Source of the DNA: Pedobacter sp.
Lineage (GTDB): Bacteria > Desulfobacterota > Desulfuromonadia > Desulfuromonadales > Syntrophotaleaceae
Reading direction: 5' to 3'
Length of the DNA: 64,000 bases
Assembly (NCBI GenBank): GCA_050253415.1
Contig: JBFWJC010000002.1
Span: 741,567 to 805,566, forward strand
This document shows, piece after piece, positions 17,693-25,685 of this stretch (position 1 is the first letter of the stretch; each line of letters opens with the position of its first letter). The notes beneath the pieces were generated by a model. It was not told the origin of the DNA. It made no database searches and saw only the letters and a list, made by a program, of their open reading frames with translations. Position numbers and translations under genes: made by a program.

Positions 17693-18298
17693 GTGAAAAA
17701 CAGAATTCTTGGTATTGTGCTGGCGGCCATGATGGTCGTCTCCGTAGCTTCGGTTTGTGCTGCTGAAGATTTCCAGCGCTACAGCGTTGGTATCCAGATG
17801 ATGTACCTCAATCCGGACGTGGATGAAGTGCTTGGTGCTGTCAGTGCCAGTGATGAAATGACCGGCGGTCTGACTCTGGAGTACTTCTTTACTCCTAACT
17901 TCAGCACCGAGCTGGTAGCTGCTGTTTCTAATGTTGACGTTAAAGTGGGCGGAGCTACCGTTGGCTCCGCGTGGCTGCTGCCCCCCTCCTTGTATGTAAA
18001 ATACCATCCGATGCCCCAGTGGAAAATCAGCCCCTATGTTGGCGTTGGTGTTGACTGGGTCTATGCTTGGGATGAAGAATTGGATGGACTTGGCGCTGAT
18101 CTGGATATTGAAGACAGCTTCGGTTGGGCCGCCAAGGTTGGTGCCGATATCAAGGTAACCAAAAACCTGGTTTTTAACGTTGACGTCATGTACCTCAACA
18201 ACGAAACCGAAATGAACATCGACGCTCTTGGTATTAGCGGAGCCGACTTCGACCTTAAGGTCTGGAGCTACAACATTGGTATGAAATACCGCTTCTAA
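17693..18298 (+). CDS. ompW: OmpW family outer membrane protein
   Basis: Signal peptide, LLPPSL.V.YH, PYVGVGV, C-terminal YRF; GTG start after GGAGG. Confidence 0.88.
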   Translation: MKNRILGIVLAAMMVVSVASVCAAEDFQRYSVGIQMMYLNPDVDEVLGAVSASDEMTGGLTLEYFFTPNFSTELVAAVSNVDVKVGGATVGSAWLLPPSLYVKYHPMPQWKISPYVGVGVDWVYAWDEELDGLGADLDIEDSFGWAAKVGADIKVTKNLVFNVDVMYLNNETEMNIDALGISGADFDLKVWSYNIGMKYRF

Positions 18299-18322
18299 GA
18301 ATTTGATCTGTATTTATCTTTT

Positions 18323-18351
18323 AAGGGCCTGCATCTGCAGGCCCTTTTTTT
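18323..18351 (+). terminator. Intrinsic terminator after ompW
   Basis: AAGGGCCTGCA/TGCAGGCCCTT plus T-run. Confidence 0.8.
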
Positions 18352-18513
18352 GTTTTGTGCACTTTAAACTCCATGTTGAACAGGGTTTCCCCTCCGACAT
18401 GCCATGTGTACCTGATGGTATACTATGAGGCGTAGCAAGTGTTGGACTGCGCTGGCACGCCGGTCAACAGAGCATGTCGTTCACATTCTCCTATAGGCGG
18501 GAAGGCGATGGAC

Positions 18514-18631
18514 AAAACCTATATCGCGCTCGCTCCTTTCAGTCGCTCAAGCCACGAAGCTACAGAGAAAGACTGAACTTCGTGGCTTTGTGGCTTGAAT
18601 GAGCAACGCGAACGAGCGCGAGATGGGTTTT
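18514..18631. repeat. Long composite palindrome with 8-nt-period core
   Basis: Outer AAAACC..TCGCGCTCG / CGAGCGCGA..GGTTTT; inner TCAAGCCACGAAGC / GCTTTGTGGCTTGA. Confidence 0.65.
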
Positions 18632-18810
18632 GGGTCTGTTAGTGTAGGATTTTGTGAGGCACGAACCTTACAGTGTTGGGAGGGGCGACTATGCGGATAG
18701 AGCGGTTCACTTCGTTTGCCATATCCTACAGTCATTTCTTCTCCGTGAGGTGCATGAATCCAGAGTTGGTCTTTTCCTTTGAGAGATTTGCAAGTGCTTA
18801 AAAAGACTGC

Positions 18811-18845
18811 AAAAAAAATGGGACCGACGATTGCCGGTCCCGTTT
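18811..18845 (-). terminator. Terminator after the ompA-family gene
   Basis: GGGACCG/CGGTCCC stem with A8 on the plus strand (U-tract on minus). Confidence 0.65.
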
Positions 18846-18866
18846 GTATTTTTTTTAGGGGAAAAT

Positions 18867-20153
18867 TTATTTTTTTGCCAGGGCATAAACGCTCAACTCA
18901 ACTCGCCGGTTGCGTTGCCGCCCCTGTGGCGTGTCGTTGTCGGCGATGGGGAATGTCTCACCGTATCCTTTGGCCTCAAGCCGCGAGGCCTTGACGCCGA
19001 AGTTGCTGATCAAATAGCTGCGTACGCTATCAGCGCGACGCTGGGACAATTCCAGATTGTAGGCATTTGATGCGGTTGAATCGGTATGGCCTGCAATAAG
19101 AATGCGTGAGGACGGATACTTGCGGATAAAGTCTGCACCGCGCTTCAGTTCGGATTTGTAACGCGGCTTGATGTCTGCTTTGTCAACGTCGAATTCGATG
19201 GCCAGGGTTAAGGAGATGGGGCAACCCTTTTTATCAACCATCAATCCTGCCGGAGTACCAGCGCATTTGTCCATTGGATCGGCAATGCTATCGCCGTCCG
19301 TGTCCATCATGCAGCCCTTGTCGTCGACAGCCATGCCTTGCGGAGTGGCGGGGCACTTGTCGCCTCTGTCGGGGACGCCGTCACCGTCTGTATCCAGCGC
19401 GCAGCCCTGTTTGTTAACAGGTGTCGATTTGGGGGTATTCGGACATTTGTCCCGGTAGTCAGGTACGCCGTCGTGGTCGCTGTCGAGAGGACAACCGACG
19501 CGGTCGACCGGTGCTCCGGTGGGAGTTCCGGGGCATGCATCGTTGGCATCGATGACACCGTCGCCATCGGTGTCTTTGGGCTCTATCCGCGAGATCGGCT
19601 TTTGTTGGTTGCCGAAAAGGTAGGTCAGTCCAGCGGAGTAAATGAAGTTATTGTTCGGGTCTCCAAAAGCGAAAACATGCCTCAGGTCACCGCGCAGTGC
19701 AAGGCTGTCGGTGAAGAAGTACTTCAGCCCGATGCCGTAGTTGATAAGAAAATCGGTTTCACTGCTGCCGCGGTCCGGATCGATGGTCATCCCGCCGATG
19801 CCACCGGCAAGATAAGGTACCAGGCTGTTCTCCGGCATGAAGTGATAAAGTGTGTCGAGATGGTACAGCACACCGTCGACATCTCCGCCGCCCTGACTGC
19901 GTTTGAAGTCGGTATTGAAGTAGTTGAGTACGAACTCGGTGCTCCAGCTGTCTGTCAGATTGTAACCTAAGCCCAGGCTGTAAGTCAGATCATCTTCAAG
20001 TTCCTGGTCACCTTCAAAAACGTAACCCCCAATCATCGGGGAAAGGGAATAATCTTTTTTTGCGCGCGTTGCCGCGTTGCCGGTCAAGGCCGGCAGGCAG
20101 ATCAGACATACACACAGGGCGCTTATAAATAAGCGCAAAAACACGGTTTTCAT
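18867..20153 (-). CDS. OmpA/OprF family protein with beta-barrel, thrombospondin type-3-like repeats and peptidoglycan-binding domain
   Basis: Signal peptide; four DxDxDxxxDxxDxC repeats; AGHTDS...NLELSQRRA...GRQRNRRVE; start at MKTVF. Confidence 0.9.
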   Translation of the reverse strand: MKTVFLRLFISALCVCLICLPALTGNAATRAKKDYSLSPMIGGYVFEGDQELEDDLTYSLGLGYNLTDSWSTEFVLNYFNTDFKRSQGGGDVDGVLYHLDTLYHFMPENSLVPYLAGGIGGMTIDPDRGSSETDFLINYGIGLKYFFTDSLALRGDLRHVFAFGDPNNNFIYSAGLTYLFGNQQKPISRIEPKDTDGDGVIDANDACPGTPTGAPVDRVGCPLDSDHDGVPDYRDKCPNTPKSTPVNKQGCALDTDGDGVPDRGDKCPATPQGMAVDDKGCMMDTDGDSIADPMDKCAGTPAGLMVDKKGCPISLTLAIEFDVDKADIKPRYKSELKRGADFIRKYPSSRILIAGHTDSTASNAYNLELSQRRADSVRSYLISNFGVKASRLEAKGYGETFPIADNDTPQGRQRNRRVELSVYALAKK

Positions 20154-20256
20154 TTTATCCCTCCCGAGGCTATCCAACGGGAATATGTATGTGAAACTAA
20201 AGGGTGCAGAAGTTCCATTATATTAACATTTCAGCGTTTTAATTCAAGGGTAAACT

Positions 20257-21498
20257 TCAAAAGTGCCAGCTCAGGAACAACCCGCCGGAGTCGCCGCGTG
20301 TACCAAATTCACTGCGTGCGACCATCCCCCTTTCCGGGGTATTACCAAGATTTATCGCCCAAAATATCATCAGGCTCACGTTGTCGGAAAGGGAAATATC
20401 CAGGGCCGGTCTCAGCAGGCAGGAGCTGTCATCCAAGTTCCAGATCACCAGCCCCGACAAGGTCGCCAGTGGGTGTAGTTCGTAAGAGGGGGCGAGCAAT
20501 AGATAGTGTTGTCCAAGCAGAAAACTCATCCCCTCTTTGATCGGAGCGGATTCCAGTGCCTGCACATAATCGGTGGGCCGGTCGGTCCCGGCCCCGTTAT
20601 ACAGATATTGGCTGGTAAGTATCAGCCCGTTGCTGAACCGGTACCAGCATTCCAGTGCTGCAATGGTGAAAAGATGGTGCAGATCGCCGCCGGGGTTGGA
20701 AACATGCTTGCCAGCGTAACCGGCTGCCTCAAGCTTTAGACCCAGCCCACCCACATCGCCGGCCACTCCGAAACCGACCATGGGGCGGTCTCGCAGGGTG
20801 CCTGCAATGCCCAGTATATCTGCGCCCCCGGTGTTCCCGGAAAAGCTCACAAGCCAACTGCTGTCACTGAGACGGTCTCCCAGAACCGCATAGGCACCGA
20901 TTTCAATAGACGGGACAAAATAGCCCTGCACTTTCACGGCATCGACTCCCGGTCGGATTTCCGTATCGATGGCGTCCGGCGCAAAGGGGGCGATTACATC
21001 CAGAGGAGACATTAACAGAATCCGACCGAATCCGATAGCTTGCCTGCCCACCGCCCATTCAAGGTGGTCGGATCGGCCGCTCAGGGACAGGCGGTCGATC
21101 TGTACCTGGGTGCTTATAGCGTCCCCTTTACCCCAGGTTTTCGTCAGGTCCAGAGCCCGATTTCCATTATTTTCGGGAATCGAAATCAGACCGGCCGGAT
21201 GTGTCGCGAGTAGACCGGTTTCCAAGGCGGTTTCCAAAGCAAGGTTATATGGCAGGTCGGCCTGCATGGTCAGGCGCAGGCTGTTGAAGGAAAGTTCGCC
21301 CTCCTCGGAGCCTTTGGTGGGGGTGGGTTCCAGGCGAAGGTTGAGGGATTTGAACCGACCTCCCCAGGTGGTGACCTGTCCAGACGCAGGGCCAGCCGTC
21401 AGCCCGGACCAACAAAGCAAAATCAAGGCCACGGCAGCGATATGGTGTCGGTGCCGGTAGGTTTTACTGGATGGGGAGCGGTGCACTCTGCTACTCAT
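20257..21498 (-). CDS. Putative outer-membrane beta-barrel protein, last gene of the LolA-like/ABC operon
   Basis: Signal peptide, IDRL...VGRQAIGFG...PLD motif, alternating strands, terminal aromatic (WHF). Confidence 0.65.
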   Translation of the reverse strand: MSSRVHRSPSSKTYRHRHHIAAVALILLCWSGLTAGPASGQVTTWGGRFKSLNLRLEPTPTKGSEEGELSFNSLRLTMQADLPYNLALETALETGLLATHPAGLISIPENNGNRALDLTKTWGKGDAISTQVQIDRLSLSGRSDHLEWAVGRQAIGFGRILLMSPLDVIAPFAPDAIDTEIRPGVDAVKVQGYFVPSIEIGAYAVLGDRLSDSSWLVSFSGNTGGADILGIAGTLRDRPMVGFGVAGDVGGLGLKLEAAGYAGKHVSNPGGDLHHLFTIAALECWYRFSNGLILTSQYLYNGAGTDRPTDYVQALESAPIKEGMSFLLGQHYLLLAPSYELHPLATLSGLVIWNLDDSSCLLRPALDISLSDNVSLMIFWAINLGNTPERGMVARSEFGTRGDSGGLFLSWHF

Positions 21499-22184
21499 GC
21501 AGGTTGTTCCCGGTCATCTTCCAGCCGTCCGTCCCTGAGCCGGATGATCCTGCGTGCCCGGGAAATCACCAGGGGATCGTGGGAGCTGAAAATAAAGGTT
21601 GTCCGATACCGGGTGTTGAGTCTGAGCATCAGATCAAGCAGCTCTTCGGCTGTCTGGGAATCGAGATTGGCGGTTGGCTCGTCCGCAAGGACCACGGCGG
21701 GGTGCGAGGCTATAGCGCGGGCAACGGCGACCCGCTGCTGCTGACCACCTGACAGGTCCCGGGGTTTGCGGTTTTCCAGTCCGGCGATGCCCAGATCGGC
21801 AAACAATTCCCGTATGCGGGTTTGACGCTCGGGTTTGGCCACGCCTTGCAGCATGAGAGTGAATTCGGCATTTTCCGCCGCGGTCAGCACCGGGATAAGG
21901 TTGTAGGATTGAAAAATGAAACCGATATGGTGCAGTCTGAAATCCGCCAAGGCCCGGGTGGAGCGGTTTCCGACGTCGCGACCCTCGATGATGATGGTGC
22001 CGGCAGTCGGTTGATCGATGCCCCCGATCAGGTTGAGGACGGTCGTTTTGCCACTGCCGGACGGGCCCGCCAGCACCGTGAATTCGCCCTTGTTGATAGA
22101 CAGCGTAAATCCGGCCAAGGCAGTGACCTGCTGGTTACCCAGGGGATAGACTTTTTCGACCTTGGCAAGTTCGATGAGGGCCAT
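21495..22184 (-). CDS. ABC transporter ATPase (LolD/MacB-like)
   Basis: GPSGSGKT, IGFIFQSYNL, LSGGQQQRVAVARA, LADEPTANLD; start at MALIE. Confidence 0.92.
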   Translation of the reverse strand: MALIELAKVEKVYPLGNQQVTALAGFTLSINKGEFTVLAGPSGSGKTTVLNLIGGIDQPTAGTIIIEGRDVGNRSTRALADFRLHHIGFIFQSYNLIPVLTAAENAEFTLMLQGVAKPERQTRIRELFADLGIAGLENRKPRDLSGGQQQRVAVARAIASHPAVVLADEPTANLDSQTAEELLDLMLRLNTRYRTTFIFSSHDPLVISRARRIIRLRDGRLEDDREQPA

Positions 22185-22188
22185 GAAA

Positions 22189-22285
22189 AATTGTCCTTTG
22201 TCGCTTGTCCTTTGTCTCGTGTCACGGCCGCATTTTGTTTGCTGATTCAATACAAATGACCAACGACGAAGGACAAAGGACGATT
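22189..22285. repeat. Inverted heptamer-repeat element inside the operon
   Basis: Five TTGTC(C/G)N-type heptamers (22191-22225) facing five GACAAAG-type heptamers (22251-22285). Confidence 0.75.
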
Positions 22286-22287
22286 GG

Positions 22288-23517
22288 TTAAATATGCCGC
22301 ATCGCTGTGGCGGGGGCCAGACGGGCCGCCTTGATGGCCGGATAAAGGCTTGCCGCTATTGCGATCAGCATCAGGTATATGGAAATTTTGATCATCCATA
22401 AAATGTCCCACTTCGCCCGGATAACAGGATCAAAGATGACCCCGCCGAATTCCATGTTCTCCGGCATAAGCTGGCGCAGATCAATGCCGTGGACGACCAG
22501 GTACCAGCTGAGAAGGCTTCCGAGCAGCGAGCCGGCCAACACGGAGATGACACCCAGAGCAAGACCCTCGGCGAGGATCATGCGGCAAAGACGGCCGGGG
22601 GTCGCCCCCACGGCGAGGATGATACCGAATTCCCGGATGCGTTCCATGACCGACATCAGCATGGTATTGATTACACCGATAGAGACGATCACTATCATGA
22701 TGACAAACATGAATTTCTGGCTGGCGTAGTCGAGTTTGATGGAATTGGCCAGATTCGGCATGGCTTGATCCCAGGCCACGGCGCGTATCGGCGATGCTTG
22801 CAGGCGTTGCAGCAATATCGGCATGACGGCTGCCTCGTCATCCGCCTGTTTGAGAATCAGGGCCAGTTCGTGGATTTCGCCGGGGAAGCCGCCCATGGCC
22901 GCGGCTTTCTCCCACCCGACCATGACCAGCGAACCGTCAACGTCGCGCAGGCCGGTCTGCACCATTCCTCGTACCCGAAACAGTTCACTGGCCAGCTCCC
23001 CCTGACGGTTTTGGACGGTAATAACCAGTTTGTTGCCGACAGCCAGTTTGAGTTCGGATAAAAGCTTGCTGCCAAGCAAAGCATCACGGCTATCGAGGCT
23101 GTCTAACATGCTCTTGGCCGGCAGCTTGCGCAAAAACGGATTGACGGCATATTCACCGGGGGGAGAGATGCCGGTCAACAGAATGCCGCGGCTTTCGCGA
23201 CTCGACTGGGCCAGACCCGGCAGGTAGACGCGCGGCAGGGCATGCGCAACTTCGGTCATGCCGAGCAGTTGTTTTTCGAGCTTCGCAGGGTTGAAGGTCA
23301 AGGTTTCATCGCGGGACTGCTCATAATCCCCCCGGTAGAGGGCTATGTGACCCGAACCGGCGCGCACCCCACTGTCGATCATGCGTGCATAGGTGCCAAT
23401 GGCGAGGTTGTGAAATCCCTGCATCAGCATGAGGCTGATGCTCAACGCGGCCAGAGTGATAAGGCTGCGGCGTCTGTTGCGCCAGAGGTTTTTCCAGGCC
23501 AGCACCAGGGTATCCAC
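22288..23517 (-). CDS. ABC permease, FtsX/LolC/E family
   Basis: LAWKNLWRNRRRS, NTMLMSVMERIREFG, YPAIKAARL; GTG start at 23517 behind GGAGGA. Confidence 0.9.
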   Translation of the reverse strand: MDTLVLAWKNLWRNRRRSLITLAALSISLMLMQGFHNLAIGTYARMIDSGVRAGSGHIALYRGDYEQSRDETLTFNPAKLEKQLLGMTEVAHALPRVYLPGLAQSSRESRGILLTGISPPGEYAVNPFLRKLPAKSMLDSLDSRDALLGSKLLSELKLAVGNKLVITVQNRQGELASELFRVRGMVQTGLRDVDGSLVMVGWEKAAAMGGFPGEIHELALILKQADDEAAVMPILLQRLQASPIRAVAWDQAMPNLANSIKLDYASQKFMFVIMIVIVSIGVINTMLMSVMERIREFGIILAVGATPGRLCRMILAEGLALGVISVLAGSLLGSLLSWYLVVHGIDLRQLMPENMEFGGVIFDPVIRAKWDILWMIKISIYLMLIAIAASLYPAIKAARLAPATAMRHI

Positions 23518-23518
23518 G

Positions 23519-24742
23519 TCAATCCTCCCGCAACGCATCCGCTGGCTGCAAGCGGGCGGCCCGTCTGGCGGGCAACCATCCAGCCAGCACTGCGATGATC
23601 AGCAACAGCGCTGCCGGCATCAGGTAGTTGCCGGGTTCGCTGACAGCGTGCAGTCTCGGTAAAATAGTGCTGCCGGCATAGGTGATAGGCGTCAGGTGGG
23701 CGGACAAGTCGATGCCGACACGCTGCATATACAACGTCATAAGCCCACCCAGAGCGCAACCGACAGCCAACGCTACCAGACCCATGATCAGGGTTTCGGT
23801 CAGCACCAGCATCCGGACCTGCCAGCAGCGCATTCCCAGGGCCATCAGTACGCCGAATTCCCGGGTGCGCTCCATGACCGACATGTAAAAAGTGTTGAGG
23901 ATGCCGAGGCCGGTGGCCAGGTACAGGATCACGGCCACCACCAGGCGACTGGCGTCAAAGCTGAGAATCGCCTCCTGCAATTCCGGCATCAATGCGCTCC
24001 AGGGGGTCGCCAGCAGCCCGTCGGGCAGACCGGCACTCAACCGGTCGGCCAGCAGGTTGGCATCCCGCGGAGACTTGATGCGCAAGGCCAGTTCGTGTAC
24101 CTGGCCATTCAGTACCAGTACCCTCTGCAGCCAGGGCAGGGGGACCAGCACCAGGTTGTTATCGTGCACGGCATCGCCCGTGGTAAAGATGCCGGTTACG
24201 GTCAACAGGTCGTTACCGATCGAGCCGTCCGCGGCCTGCGTGACGAACACCAGCTCGTCTCCAGGTTTCACCCCTAATTTTTGCGCCAGCCCCCGGCCGA
24301 GCAGTGCTTCGTTTTCTGCTTGCGGTAGGGGGTAGCGGCCGGCGACCAGATGGTCCGCCAGGTTGGTCACCTGTCGCTCGCTGTTCGGACGCACTCCCAG
24401 TAGTTCGGCCGGGTAGGTGCTTTGTGCATGCGACAGCAAGCCGAAACCCCGAAGCCGCGGAGATACCCCTGTGACCTCGGGGGTTCTTTCAAGTCCGACG
24501 ATGAGCCCACTGTCGGGTGGGAAGGTGGCAAACAGCTCGCGGTCCTGCTGGTACCCGGGACGGGAGATGACAATGTGTCCGCGATACTGTTCGGTGGCCG
24601 CAGCAAGCATGTCGTCCAGCATGCCGCCGAAAACTCCCAGCGCCAGGATGAGCAGCGACGATGAAACCACCATGGCGGACAGGGTCAGCAGGGTGCGGCG
24701 CTTGTTGCGCCAGATATTGCGCGAGGCCAGGGCCAGAATCAT
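23519..24742 (-). CDS. ABC permease, FtsX/LolC/E family
   Basis: RNIWRNKRRT, NTFYMSVMERTREFG, LPARRAARLQP. Confidence 0.9.
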   Translation of the reverse strand: MILALASRNIWRNKRRTLLTLSAMVVSSSLLILALGVFGGMLDDMLAAATEQYRGHIVISRPGYQQDRELFATFPPDSGLIVGLERTPEVTGVSPRLRGFGLLSHAQSTYPAELLGVRPNSERQVTNLADHLVAGRYPLPQAENEALLGRGLAQKLGVKPGDELVFVTQAADGSIGNDLLTVTGIFTTGDAVHDNNLVLVPLPWLQRVLVLNGQVHELALRIKSPRDANLLADRLSAGLPDGLLATPWSALMPELQEAILSFDASRLVVAVILYLATGLGILNTFYMSVMERTREFGVLMALGMRCWQVRMLVLTETLIMGLVALAVGCALGGLMTLYMQRVGIDLSAHLTPITYAGSTILPRLHAVSEPGNYLMPAALLLIIAVLAGWLPARRAARLQPADALRED

Positions 24743-25503
24743 GGTCGGCTTCGTTTCAGGTTGCGCAGCGAAAAGAAATCCTCGTTCAGGGGAATGTCGA
24801 ATGCAATCTGATGATATTGTAACAGTGTCTGTTCCTCTGGCTTGTCCATCGGTTGTACAATCATGCGCAGGGGCAGGCGCCGGTCATCGACGGTTTTTAC
24901 CTGGTCGAACAGAATTTCGCGCACTTTGACCATGGCTTCGTCGAAATATTCGACACGTTGCGGAACCCGGTCGGCTTTGCCAACCTGGTAGATAATCTTG
25001 CCCCACACGACCGCGGCATCCGGTTTTGGCAGTCCCTCGATGCGCCAGAAATCTTCGGTTTCCGTCAGCAGTGAAAAATCGTAGTCCTGGTCGATGTGAG
25101 ACTGTTTGACCAGATCGTTGTTGGTGATATGGCTGCCCATCCAGGCACCCCCCATCATGGACGGTGGGATTTTGATGGTGCGGTCGACTTTGGGCAGGTA
25201 GTTCCACACTTCCCGACCGATTTTGAGGGTCGCGACGTCCCGCTCCTTGGCCGGTTCAAGAATGCGGATCAGAAACTGGTCGCGCCCCAGCGACCATGCC
25301 TCCATTTTCAAGGAACGCTGCCAGTGTTCCGTGCGCACCTGCATGGTCATGATCGCATGGGAAGAAATGCCGGTATATTGATCTTCCACTTCACGGATAA
25401 GGGCACGCAGGTCAAGACCGGGTGTGCCCGCCGCATATGCGGAGGCGACCAGTGAGGTTGCCAGGAGAAACAGAAGAAGTATTCTGCTGCCGGATCGCGT
25501 CAT
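24739..25503 (-). CDS. LolA-like periplasmic (outer membrane lipoprotein-sorting-like) protein
   Basis: Signal peptide; WNYLPKVDRTIKI...WMGSHITNNDL; FSLRNL ending typical of the LolA-like family. Confidence 0.8.
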   Translation of the reverse strand: MTRSGSRILLLFLLATSLVASAYAAGTPGLDLRALIREVEDQYTGISSHAIMTMQVRTEHWQRSLKMEAWSLGRDQFLIRILEPAKERDVATLKIGREVWNYLPKVDRTIKIPPSMMGGAWMGSHITNNDLVKQSHIDQDYDFSLLTETEDFWRIEGLPKPDAAVVWGKIIYQVGKADRVPQRVEYFDEAMVKVREILFDQVKTVDDRRLPLRMIVQPMDKPEEQTLLQYHQIAFDIPLNEDFFSLRNLKRSRP

Positions 25504-25618
25504 CGATTAACCTTGTCGGGAGGGCTGAGGATGGATTCTTTTCAATTATAGAGTGGATTTGTGCGAAGCAAAGGCAGGTTTTTATTTACCTGATGATAAG
25601 GGCGTGTTGTGCTGCCCC

Positions 25619-25647
25619 TTGACCGTGGGCAGGGCCTGCATTACATT
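25619..25647 (+). promoter_or_regulatory. Putative sigma-70 promoter
   Basis: TTGACC-N17-TACATT. Confidence 0.45.
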
Positions 25648-25685
25648 GTCCGCCATCTGTTCAAATAATAAACAAGGGAGTTTTT

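Noticed and set aside
18453..18468. TGGCACG as a sigma-54 promoter
   Set aside because: No GC at the -12 position.
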